DNA from: Diplonema japonicum
Lineage: Eukaryota > Protista > Euglenozoa: Diplonemea
DNA length: 64,000 nt
Reading direction: 5' to 3'
Assembly (NCBI GenBank): GCA_964019335.1
Contig: OZ025736.1
Coordinates: 186,001 to 250,000, forward strand
Part shown: positions 33,829 to 43,600 of the stretch, piece after piece
Position numbering within the stretch: position 1 is the first letter of the stretch
Layout of the letters: every line of letters begins with the position of its first letter
Made by a program: the position numbers and the translations under genes
The notes under the pieces: generated by a model
What the model was told of the DNA's origin: nothing
What the model saw: only the letters and a program-made list of their open reading frames with translations
Database searches by the model: none

Positions 33829-36045
33829 TCAGTCCGTCGTAGATCCCTCAGACGACTGCGGTGAAGGGGGCACAGGTGAGGGCGAGGGTGAAGGCGGCGA
33901 CGAAGGTGCTTCGGGCGACATGAGTAGCTTCTTTTTTGAAAAGGTGTTCTCCTTTCGAGACCTCCATCGCTGAGATGCTGGTGACAAAGTGGCTTGAGAC
34001 TTTGCGATGGCGGCCTGCAGGAGGTGTATCTGTTCATCCTGCTCGGACACCTTCCTATTTGCCACGCTTAACCTCTCTTGCAACTCAACGGCCATGTGTA
34101 CATACTCGTCATCGGGAGCGGAAGGTGTGGCTGACCTTGCTCTTGCTTGCGACTGGTACTGTGGTGCAGCCCCTTTCCCACGCTCCAAACACTTGGTGCA
34201 GTTTGCTGACTCCAAAGATAGGGCATCCTCCCTTAAGAATATACCGTGCATGGGTTCGCATTTGAAGTACTCCTTCCAACCAACAGTACCAGTGTGCTTC
34301 CCTACGGGATCGTCAAGTGCGACGCCCGCCCAAATGCCAGGTGCGAACTCCGTTTTTCCAATGTACTTCACGACACCTGTCCTGTGGCTGCCTTGCAGCA
34401 CTGTCGATACACGGTCGCCATCACCTAAAGGTCTCTCGAGCGTGTCCTGCTTCATCACACCGCGTTGCGGCGACACTGATCTTGCCTTCCCATCCACAGA
34501 GAAGGGGTGCTTTACCTCTGATGCTACTTCCAATCTCCCAATCTTTCTCTCGAGACACCGTATGGTGCTGCGCTGCGCTGTTGTCGTCTCCTTGTGTCGA
34601 GTGCTGAGCGCCGCGTATTTCTGCTGTATGTCAAAAAGCTTGCACTTCGTTTCCTCGTGCTCTTGAGATGTTTTAAACAGCTTGGCGCGCAGCTTCGTGG
34701 TTGCTTCCACCTCTGCTGCATGATGGATTGCCGACTCAAGTGCTGATGTATCTGCAGCCTTGTGCTCTGCCCCAGGTGTTTTCAGACGTGACCCCATCTG
34801 CAGCTGCTTCTGTAACTCGGCGACTTCTTTCGTCAATCGCCATGTGTCATCCTCTGCAGATTGCTTACTCGCCTGCAGCACCCTAATGGCTTCTAAGACC
34901 CGTACATCTGTTGTGTCGAGAAAGTCGATAATCTCGGCACGCCGTTTCACAAGGCCGTCACGCTCTTTCTCAGACAGGTGCAACCTCTGCTTCAGATTAC
35001 GTAGTTCTAGATGGCCCTCACGGAGCTGGTCGACCAACGGTTCTGAAGACTCTGTTAGCCTTTTGACCTCCTGTTCGAGCTGCTGCTCTCGTGTTTTGAG
35101 ACCGGTGTAGCGTCGTTGCCATTCTAAAGCTGCGTTAGCAGACACCTCGGCTTCGGTGTTAAGCTCTGTCTGCTCGATGGTGTTCGCACCCTGCATACGC
35201 GTTATCTGAGCTTCTAGCTGTGCGATCTGCTCTTCCAACCCGTTGACGTAGCTCACGGTGTCAGCGGGGGCCGACTCTTCGTTTATCTTCCACATCTGCC
35301 GTGCGCCCGCAAGTTGCTTCATAGAAGAGGACCTGCTCCGCGACTGGACTTCCTCGTTCTTTGCAGCGGGTTTCGCAACAGGTCGTGCTGCCACCCGTCT
35401 TGTGGCGATCGTCGGTGGCTTCAGCACCTCGAATTTATACCAAGCAGGTTTGGCCAGTTTCAGCATGTTCCTGAGCATATTTGAACCCTCCACACGCTTG
35501 CTGCCGAGCCTCGCACCATTGGTGTGGTGTGCGTAGACAGCGAACAGCACCTTCTTGAAGGCTGCGATCTTGTCGACACTTGCTGTGAACATGATGTCGT
35601 ACTGCTGCGGAACGATCAACCCCACGCTTGTTTCTGTAAACAGCACTTTTTGTATCTGAGTTGCGAGAACACCCCTGTTGATGACGCCTATCTTAGGGTT
35701 GGCCTGGTACACACCTTTGTCGCCAACAATGATTATTCTTTTCTGCGTCATGGGAAGCCTGCCTTGTTTCTGAACCTCTTCAAAAAAGTAAATCGCACGC
35801 GCATTGGTGCCGCTCTCAAGCAGTGACCTGCGCTCTGACGCGAACACCTTGTGATACTCCTTGGAGATTTCGCTTATGTCAATGTACGGTTGCCTCGTGA
35901 AGGGGTTCACTTCGTAATCTGCGGGGTCTTCATGGTCACTGGCTATGTACGCTGATTGCGGCTGGTTTTCCTCTTCCTCTTCATCCTCTTCTTCCCAGTC
36001 CTGGTCTTCCTCGGGCTCCATGATGCTTACTGAGCGCCCAGACAT
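33829..36045 (-). CDS. Myosin-TH1/PH-like + coiled-coil + CAP-Gly protein
   Basis: CAP-Gly GVVKYIGKTEFAPGIWAGVALDDPVGKHTGTVGWKEYFKC, a long coiled coil, and an N-terminal QKRIIIVGDKGVY...LIVPQQYDIMF. Confidence 0.85.
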   Translation of the reverse strand: MSGRSVSIMEPEEDQDWEEEDEEEEENQPQSAYIASDHEDPADYEVNPFTRQPYIDISEISKEYHKVFASERRSLLESGTNARAIYFFEEVQKQGRLPMTQKRIIIVGDKGVYQANPKIGVINRGVLATQIQKVLFTETSVGLIVPQQYDIMFTASVDKIAAFKKVLFAVYAHHTNGARLGSKRVEGSNMLRNMLKLAKPAWYKFEVLKPPTIATRRVAARPVAKPAAKNEEVQSRSRSSSMKQLAGARQMWKINEESAPADTVSYVNGLEEQIAQLEAQITRMQGANTIEQTELNTEAEVSANAALEWQRRYTGLKTREQQLEQEVKRLTESSEPLVDQLREGHLELRNLKQRLHLSEKERDGLVKRRAEIIDFLDTTDVRVLEAIRVLQASKQSAEDDTWRLTKEVAELQKQLQMGSRLKTPGAEHKAADTSALESAIHHAAEVEATTKLRAKLFKTSQEHEETKCKLFDIQQKYAALSTRHKETTTAQRSTIRCLERKIGRLEVASEVKHPFSVDGKARSVSPQRGVMKQDTLERPLGDGDRVSTVLQGSHRTGVVKYIGKTEFAPGIWAGVALDDPVGKHTGTVGWKEYFKCEPMHGIFLREDALSLESANCTKCLERGKGAAPQYQSQARARSATPSAPDDEYVHMAVELQERLSVANRKVSEQDEQIHLLQAAIAKSQATLSPASQRWRSRKENTFSKKKLLMSPEAPSSPPSPSPSPVPPSPQSSEGSTTD

Positions 36046-36097
36046 TGCCTTTTTGTGAATTCTGCAGCAAAATAATAACAGAAATATGAAGTGTGAT

Positions 36098-37012
36098 CTA
36101 AAAAGGTGTCCTGGAAAGGATGCTGTATCGTTCAAGCAAGTCGCGATGCCTCGCCTCCACCACACGCAGCGCAACCCTCTCGTTGCGCTCGTTCTCTTGT
36201 GTCTTCTTTCTACCGAGCTCTTCTATTCGTAGTGTCTTCACTGCGAAAATCTTGCAGAGCTCAATCTGCTCTTTGGGCTGTATGGCCCTGTTGACGGGAG
36301 ACACAGTGTGATGTGACACAAAGATACTTTCATGTGTCCGCCGCCATTTATTACTTTGCACCTTTCGTCTGCTTGCTTCACGCCGTGGTGCTTCGCGCAT
36401 CAATTGCACTTCGAGCTGCAGCATTGAAACCAGGTGGGTGCTTTTGAATCCTTTTCTAACAACAGGAGCGGCGACATGCTTCTTCGGCGAAAGGAAGCTT
36501 GTGGGCAACGGTGTCCCTGCGTAGCAATCGTCAAGGTCCCAGGGGGATGAATCAACGGTTTTCTGGGGGAGGAAAAGGGTCATGCCATCCACTTCAAGCT
36601 GCTTCCCGAACATCCAGCTTCCGTTGGCATCCCTTCTGCGAAGCCCCTTCACATCCCTGTTATAGACAGAGGGTGCAGTGGTGCACACGTGGTGCTTGAA
36701 TATATACCGACCTTTGTGTGCATCACGCAGCCTTCCTATCAGTGCGTTCTCTTCAAGATATTTGATTCTCTTCTGTGATTTGTCTGGCTTCCCGCCTGGT
36801 ACCGTCAGCTTGTTCAAAAGAGGTATGAGATTGAGCTTGTATTTCACGATCAACTTCGGAGCCAGCTCGTCCAAATCTGTGCTCTCTCTAAACAGAGAAT
36901 CCTTCGCACCAGTGCTCAGCAAGCGCTGCAGGTCATCCGCTGCCGTACTGCTCTCCAGCTCCTCATTCAGCCTGCTCCGCTCGTCATTCCCCCTTGGGGG
37001 CACTGTCAGCAT
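36098..37012 (-). CDS. Hypothetical protein
   Basis: About 304-aa ORF from MLTVPP, in the gene array after a pyrimidine tract; no domain recognised. Confidence 0.7.
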   Translation of the reverse strand: MLTVPPRGNDERSRLNEELESSTAADDLQRLLSTGAKDSLFRESTDLDELAPKLIVKYKLNLIPLLNKLTVPGGKPDKSQKRIKYLEENALIGRLRDAHKGRYIFKHHVCTTAPSVYNRDVKGLRRRDANGSWMFGKQLEVDGMTLFLPQKTVDSSPWDLDDCYAGTPLPTSFLSPKKHVAAPVVRKGFKSTHLVSMLQLEVQLMREAPRREASRRKVQSNKWRRTHESIFVSHHTVSPVNRAIQPKEQIELCKIFAVKTLRIEELGRKKTQENERNERVALRVVEARHRDLLERYSILSRTPF

Positions 37013-37399
37013 CGCTGCGATGAATTCGCAAGAGAAGTAGCCACTGAAAAAAAAAGAAGGGGGGGGGGGGAAGGAAAATGAAACCAATAGCATACAATCA
37101 AATGTGGAACGTGGAAAAGAGGGGGGAAGGGAGTTTCTTTTGTTTGTGCAATAAAAGAGATTACTTGTAGCGCACAACGCTGCCTAACATTATTTTTTTT
37201 TTTGAAAACAAAAAACTCGATAACAAGTGCTCCTGTTCATCATAAAAAAAGGAAAAGGGGAGGGAGGGGGATATATGTCAAAAAAAAGGGGTAAAAAAAA
37301 ACAACAAGGAATAAACTGCCAGAAGATGGCACACTGACCTTTTATAGTAGAGGGGGTAAGGTCTTTGGGGGTAGTACAAACAAAGTTTCGAAGCTGTGT

Positions 37400-38536
37400 T
37401 TAGTAGTACCTATGAGGACTACCTTTCAGAGGGCTCTCGTAAACGGCTGCACGGTACGGGCTGCCGGTCAAAGGGCTGGATACACGCGGGCTCACCGCCA
37501 AAGCGTCCCTGTAGGGGCTGCCTGTAGCCACTGTGCGGTATGGGCTGCCTGTGGTCACTGTACGGTATGGGCTGCCTGTCAGGGGGCTACCAGTCAGAGG
37601 ACTGCTGGCACGCACAAAGCGCTGCGGGGATTGCGAGTTTGACAACGCACGGCGTTCGCAAGCCAGCTCGTAGTTTGCCGCCAGCTGGCTGTCGATATCA
37701 GCCTGGGCAGAGCAGACGTTGGAAAGTGAATGCGCGTGGACAGAAGCCTGGGCACTCAAGTCAGCAGCCACCTCAGCACGAGCTGACGCAGAACTTGCAA
37801 GCGCGGAACCGTGCCTTGCGTCGGAAGCCGCCAACTCTGCTTGTGTGGACTCCAGCCTCAAACGCTGCGCAGACCTGCTTGCAGCATCTGCTTCGGAGAA
37901 GCTCCTCCCTGCTGCAAGTGATGAGGACGCAGAAGCTGCGCTGGCTGATGCGGCAGCAGCTCTGCTGACAGACGCGCTCGACAAGTGTTGGTCAGCACTG
38001 TTTCTCAAGATGCCGGCATCCGTGGCGGCAGCAGAGGACCTCCCGAAGGCATGCGCGGCATCCATTCTGTCGAGGTGCGAGTGGAGGTGCGTTGGTGCAT
38101 AAAAGCTCCTGGCACCAGCTGCGTGCCCAAGTGATGATTCAAGGTGCGACATGTGTGCTGCGTGCTGCGAGTGCCCGCCAAGCACAGCGGCATTTACATC
38201 GTGGATAGATCCCTGTGCGGCTGCACTAGCCGCCGCCACCTGCAGATCCCTGCTTCTTGTGCTCTCAACCAGACCATTCTGCTGATGAGCCAGCCCGTTT
38301 CTGGCCTCGATGTCGGCATTGATACGAGCAGACGATGCACGCTGCCCCTCAAGAACCGCTGAAGAGGCGAACTGGCTCGACCTCAGGCGCTCTTCAGATG
38401 CAACAAGACCTTGGTTCCTTGCATTTTCCGCTTCAATGGAAGAGACAGCGGCCGCATCCCTTGCCTTTGCCTCGGCAATGAGCCTGTCAGTGTACATGCG
38501 CGGCGACCCGGGGGGTGACTGGCGGATGTAGGACAT
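37400..38536 (-). CDS. Ala/Ser-rich helical protein with C-terminal GSPYR/GSPLT repeats
   Basis: 378-aa ORF with tandem (T/G)SPYRT/SPLT repeats at the C-terminus. Confidence 0.8.
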   Translation of the reverse strand: MSYIRQSPPGSPRMYTDRLIAEAKARDAAAVSSIEAENARNQGLVASEERLRSSQFASSAVLEGQRASSARINADIEARNGLAHQQNGLVESTRSRDLQVAAASAAAQGSIHDVNAAVLGGHSQHAAHMSHLESSLGHAAGARSFYAPTHLHSHLDRMDAAHAFGRSSAAATDAGILRNSADQHLSSASVSRAAAASASAASASSSLAAGRSFSEADAASRSAQRLRLESTQAELAASDARHGSALASSASARAEVAADLSAQASVHAHSLSNVCSAQADIDSQLAANYELACERRALSNSQSPQRFVRASSPLTGSPLTGSPYRTVTTGSPYRTVATGSPYRDALAVSPRVSSPLTGSPYRAAVYESPLKGSPHRYY

Positions 38537-38634
38537 TTTGTAAGTTTGCTATTTTCCTGAGGATGGGACATCCGCAGCTGGTTGAAGCAAGTTAAAAAAA
38601 AAAAGAAACTGAGGTACTAATAAAATAAAATGCC

Positions 38635-39644
38635 CTAAAGATCTTCACAGAACTCATTGGCGGGGGAATGGCGCGGGTGCTTCCGCGACTTAAACCTCAA
38701 CATGGTGCTGATACGCTCGTTGTGTCCATTGGACAAAAGCTTCTTACCCCTCGATCTGCGCAAACTGGATGTCGTGGGCAGGCGGTTACGGAAGGATCGG
38801 AACACGTGCCGACGGAGGCCTGCGTTGTTGCCTACCTTGTGTTGCGGGGATCCCACCCGACGGGCCCTGCGGAACACCATGTGGAAACCAATGTCCTTGA
38901 TAGGTTTCAACTCGTTCCTCCTGTTCGAGTATGGGTAGAAGTCCAGGTTGTCAATCTCGCGCTCCTTGAGCTCCGCTTCCATGTGCAGAAAGCGTTCAAC
39001 AGGGTCATGCATGATGCGCCGCCTTTCAGGTCTTGCTAGGATGTCAGCGTACCGCAGGAGGATCTGCTTGCCAGCTGCGATTACAGCGTTGCGCTTCTCG
39101 CTATTGAGCTGCCGCATGTTTTGTTTGAAGTTTTTGCGGAGGATCCTGGACAGGCGGGGCCGTGTTTCCTCCGGCATCTTGAAGAGAACTCTCCAGAAAG
39201 CCCTGTAGAGTGCAATGGAGGACCTCTTGCTGACCTGTTGCGACTGGCCTGGTGTGGTTGAGGACCACCCCTCTGCGTCGTACCCGATTACGCCATTGTA
39301 GGCGGCACCCTGCCTGGCATCGATGATCTCTGTGCCCCGTTTGGGGAGGTAGCTCGGGGCCATCATGGAGTGGCGCTCACGAACCTTGTACTTCGGCATG
39401 TTATCCGCATTGGCCATGTCCTCCATGGACCTCTTGTGGCCTGCTGATGACGACGTCCATTCCGCTTCTTCAAACCTGCGTTTTTTTTAAAAACAAGAAA
39501 AAAAAGTGATTGACATACATTTGAGCCTCAGCTACATTCCTGCCCGTCATCCTTGTTGTGGTGTACGTGTTTACCGACTGGTTCTTTTGCCCACTGTGGA
39601 ACTTCTTATGTTTCTGTATTTAAAAAAAAAAGTTTTTAGTTTTT

Positions 39645-39677
<33 letters not shown>

Positions 39678-39806
39678 CATCCACACCTCAGCGTACTCTG
39701 GCGTTCTCTTGACACGGTAATTAAAATCATCCTGCTCGTCTTGTCCAATCACGATTCTTCTGACCTGCCGCCTCACGGCTCCTGCTGAGTACAAGCATTT
39801 CCTCAT
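38635..39806 (-). CDS. LYR-motif protein, probably mitochondrial; 3 exons
   Basis: IALYRAFWR...ILRKNFKQN LYR motif. Splicing GT-AG introns 39614-39686 and 39476-39518 extends the frame to MRKCLYSAGAVRRQVRR, an Arg-rich presequence-like start. Confidence 0.8.
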
Positions 39807-40600
39807 ATGTACCCGCCACTACCTGTTTTTTTTTCTCTTTTTTTAGATTCAAAAAAAGTGCAGTAGTAGCCGAAAAAGAAGGTAATACAGGGGGCAGGAA
39901 GGAACGGGACAGGGGGGGTGAGCATTCTTTTTTTTTCCTCTCCCTTCTTTCTCGTTTTTTTAAAGTACCCCATGTCTCTTATGGAGGTGAAAGTAAGAAC
40001 GCCCCCTAAGAAGCGAAAAAAAAAAAGGAACACAGACAACACCCCCCTTTAGTAAAGTTTAAGAGGCGAAAAAAAAAACTTTGATCTTTTAACGCCAAGG
40101 CCAGCCTTGGAGCTGAATAATACTTCTTTCAAATTTCTGAATAACTATAAAAAATCTTCTTCCGAGCGCTTCACCCTGTCCACCCTGATCTTCGCATTAT
40201 AAATGGTTACAAGTGTGAATAATAACGGCGTTTAGCTCCTAGGCTGGTAAGCGCTCTAAATAAAACGAAAAAAAGGAGAACTCCTGAGAGGTTACTAGTT
40301 AAAGCAAACCCGGGGAGAAAAAAAGGAAGAAAAACGATAAGACGGACACTGCCACATTTTCTAAATGAAAGGGGAAGAGGGGAGTGGAGAGGGGGAAAAA
40401 AAAAGAGCCAATAATCTCGGCCGCGACGTGTTATCTAAAAAAAAAAAGAAAAGAAAAACCTGACCCTTTATATCTCTTACCTACTAGTAACTTCTTTTTT
40501 TTTTTTTTCCTTCTTTTCGCAAAACCAGAGCGGGCCCCCATGTGAAAAAATATCAACAACAAAAATATATGCGGAGAAAAAAAAAACGCAGCATTCTAAT

Positions 40601-43600
40601 CTACTTTGTTTTCTCGGCCAGGGACTCTTGAAGAAGCTCTAGGCCGGGGGTTCGCCTCGGAGACGAGAGGAGTAGCATTTTGATACCGTTCTTTTTGTTG
40701 GGGTCAATCTTGTAGCCGGCCTGGTGCAACAGGTTGAGTCCACGCATCTTGGACCTTGGAGACGAAAGCCTCAGAACCCGGAGGCCATCAGCCTCATACT
40801 CCTCTGCGTTGACCCCGCACTCCTTCACGGCATGGTGCATCTCTTGCGTCAGGTGCAGGTCCAACGGCTTATTCTCGAACTTCCTTATCTTCTGTTGCTC
40901 TTGCGTCCTCCTCATCATCTCCTGTGGGGTGGGTGCAGCCTGCACCAATGACATTAACCCCCCTGCCTTCTCCGCACCCCCTGCCTCACCTATCATCGCA
41001 GCAACATAGAAAACAGGCTCCATCCTCTCTTCAAAAGACTTTCCCGGTGTTCCTACAGGTGTTTCAAGATGCGACATGCTCCTGTCTGTCTCGGTGCACA
41101 GATCTATCGATTTCTCGTATCCAATGTCTAGCCCGTTAATCAACTCCTCTTCGCGATGCGTGTGTACTGTGGGTGTTGCGTAAGTAAGATTGAAAGAAAG
41201 TATACCTTCGTGTCTCACAGCCTCCATGGGCACTGTCGGGGCAGTGGGCACAAGCTCGGGCTGCGAAGCAACGCTCCCACCGTGTTCAGACTGAACAGTA
41301 GGTTGTTGAGAGGACGTGCTTGTGTTGAGAACAGGCGGTGCCACCGGTGCTGGTTGAGATGTGGTGCTCGCATTCAGCTCGAGCTGGCTGTGGACTGATG
41401 TCGTGCTTGTTTGAAGTGCTGGCTGCGATGTAGCAGAAGGCACTCTCGAATGGGGCTGCGACGAGGTGCTGGTATTCAGAGCAGGCAGCTCGGATGCCTG
41501 CGAATTGCCGGCGTTTAAAGCAGTCCGGCTGCTGACTGACGTCACGCTCGCTTGAAGAGCAGGCTGTGATGAGGTGCTTATATTCAGAGCGGCTTGACTG
41601 TGAACAGAAGGAACCTGCGACGTCACACTCGCCTGAAGTGCAGGTTGCGAAACTTCCGACAGGACCCTCTCAAGCTGATGAGAAGATGTGCTGGTGTTCA
41701 GTGGCTCCACAGGCATTGGTTGCGAAGTCACACTTGCATGAAGTGCCGATTGCGACGAGGTGCTTGCGTGCATAGGTCCAGCCGTACTTGTGTTAAGGGC
41801 AGATTGGCTGTGTACCGAAGGTACCCTTTCCATTTGCTGTGATGTCACACTCGTTTGAAGTGCCGGTTGCGAAGAGGTGCTTGCATGCATGGCCGCCTGT
41901 TGGCTGTGAACAGATGTCACACTTGCTTGAAGTGCCGGTTGTGAGGTTGTCGATGGCACCCTCTCAAGCGCTTGTTGAGATGAGGTGCTGGTGTTCAGTG
42001 CAGGCGCTAGCTGTGACGAAGTGCTTGTGTTCAGTAGGGCTTGACCACTAACTGATGACACCCTTTCCATCTGTTGGGACGTCACACTTGTTTGAAGCGC
42101 AGGCTGCGAAGTGACACTCCCATGTGCAGACGGCACCCTTTCTAACGGTTGCTGAGAGGACGTGCTGGTGTTTAAAGCAGGTTGCGAGGGTATGGCTTGC
42201 TGGCTATGAACACTCGTCACACTTGCCTGGAGTGCAGGCTGCGAGGAAGTTGAAGGGACCCTTTCAAGTGGTTGAGAGGATGTGGTGGTGTTTAGCACGG
42301 GGTTTACAGGTGCAGGCTGTGACGAGGTGCTCATGTTCAGACCAGATTGACTGTGCACCGAAGGTGCCTTTTCCATTTGCTGGGAAGTCACACTTGTCTG
42401 AAGTGCTGGTTGCGTCGAAGTGCTTGCGTGCATGGCCGCCTGTTGGCTGTGAACAGATGTCACACTTGCTTGAAGTGCAGATTGAGATGAGGTACTGGTA
42501 TTCAGAGCAGGCTCACCAGGTGCTGGTTGAGACGAAGTACTAACATTGAGAGCGGATTGGTTGTGAACCGAGGGTGCCGAGTGTGATGTCACACTTGTCT
42601 GAAGTGCAGGTTGCGAGGTTGCCGACGGGACCCTTTCAAGCTGCTGTTGGGAAGATACACTGGTGTTCAACACAGGTTCTACATTCACACTTGCTTGAAG
42701 TGCCGGTTGCGAAGAGGTGCTCGCATGCATGGCTGCTTGCTGGCTGTGAACAGATGTCACACTTGTTTGAAGTGCCGGTTGCGACGAAGTGCTTGCATGC
42801 ATGGCCGCCTGTTGGCTGTGAACAGATGTCACACTTGCTTGAAGTGCCGGTTGCGAAGTTGTCGATGGCACCCTCTCAAGCGGTTGCTGAGATGAGGTGC
42901 TGGTGTTCAGAGCAACCTCTTGAGGAACACTCTCGTGCCCTCCATCATCGCTGCTGCTGTAGATCTCACGTTCGATCTCGACAACAACAGGTTCCTCATC
43001 AACAGCCTCTGTCACAACGCCAGGTTGAGCACCTTCGACGACCTCAAGTGCAATGCTAGAAGGAGGCTCAGGGTACCCCGCAGGAACCTTCATCCTGTTC
43101 ATGGCCTTAACAGCGAGCAAGCCAGCAGCCATCTTGAATCCAGTTTTCCTCTGTTCTTCCGATCTGGCAGAAGTGTGTGACACCGCACTGCTGTGTGCAA
43201 CAGGATCAGCAGCCTGGCTGTGGACGGATGGTGTCTTCTCCAGATGTGCGGGCTGAGAAGAAGTACTTTCATGCAACGAGGGAACAACGGACGGTACCCT
43301 CTCCAGTGGCTGTTGGGAAGGTGTATTAGTGTTTGAAACATGGCCCGCTGACTGCGAGGCAACACTCCCAGGAGCGGATGGTACGGCGGGTTGTGATGTT
43401 GTTGATGGGACCCTTTCAAGTGGTTGCTGGGATGAGGTGCTGGTGTTCAGGGGTCCAGCCGTACTTGTGTTCAGAGCAGATTGGCTGTGCACCGAAGGTA
43501 CCTTTTCCATTTGCTGTGATGACACACTCGTTTGAAGTGCCGGTTGTGACGAAGTGCTTGCATGCATGGCCGCCTGTTGGCTGTGAACAGATGTCACACT

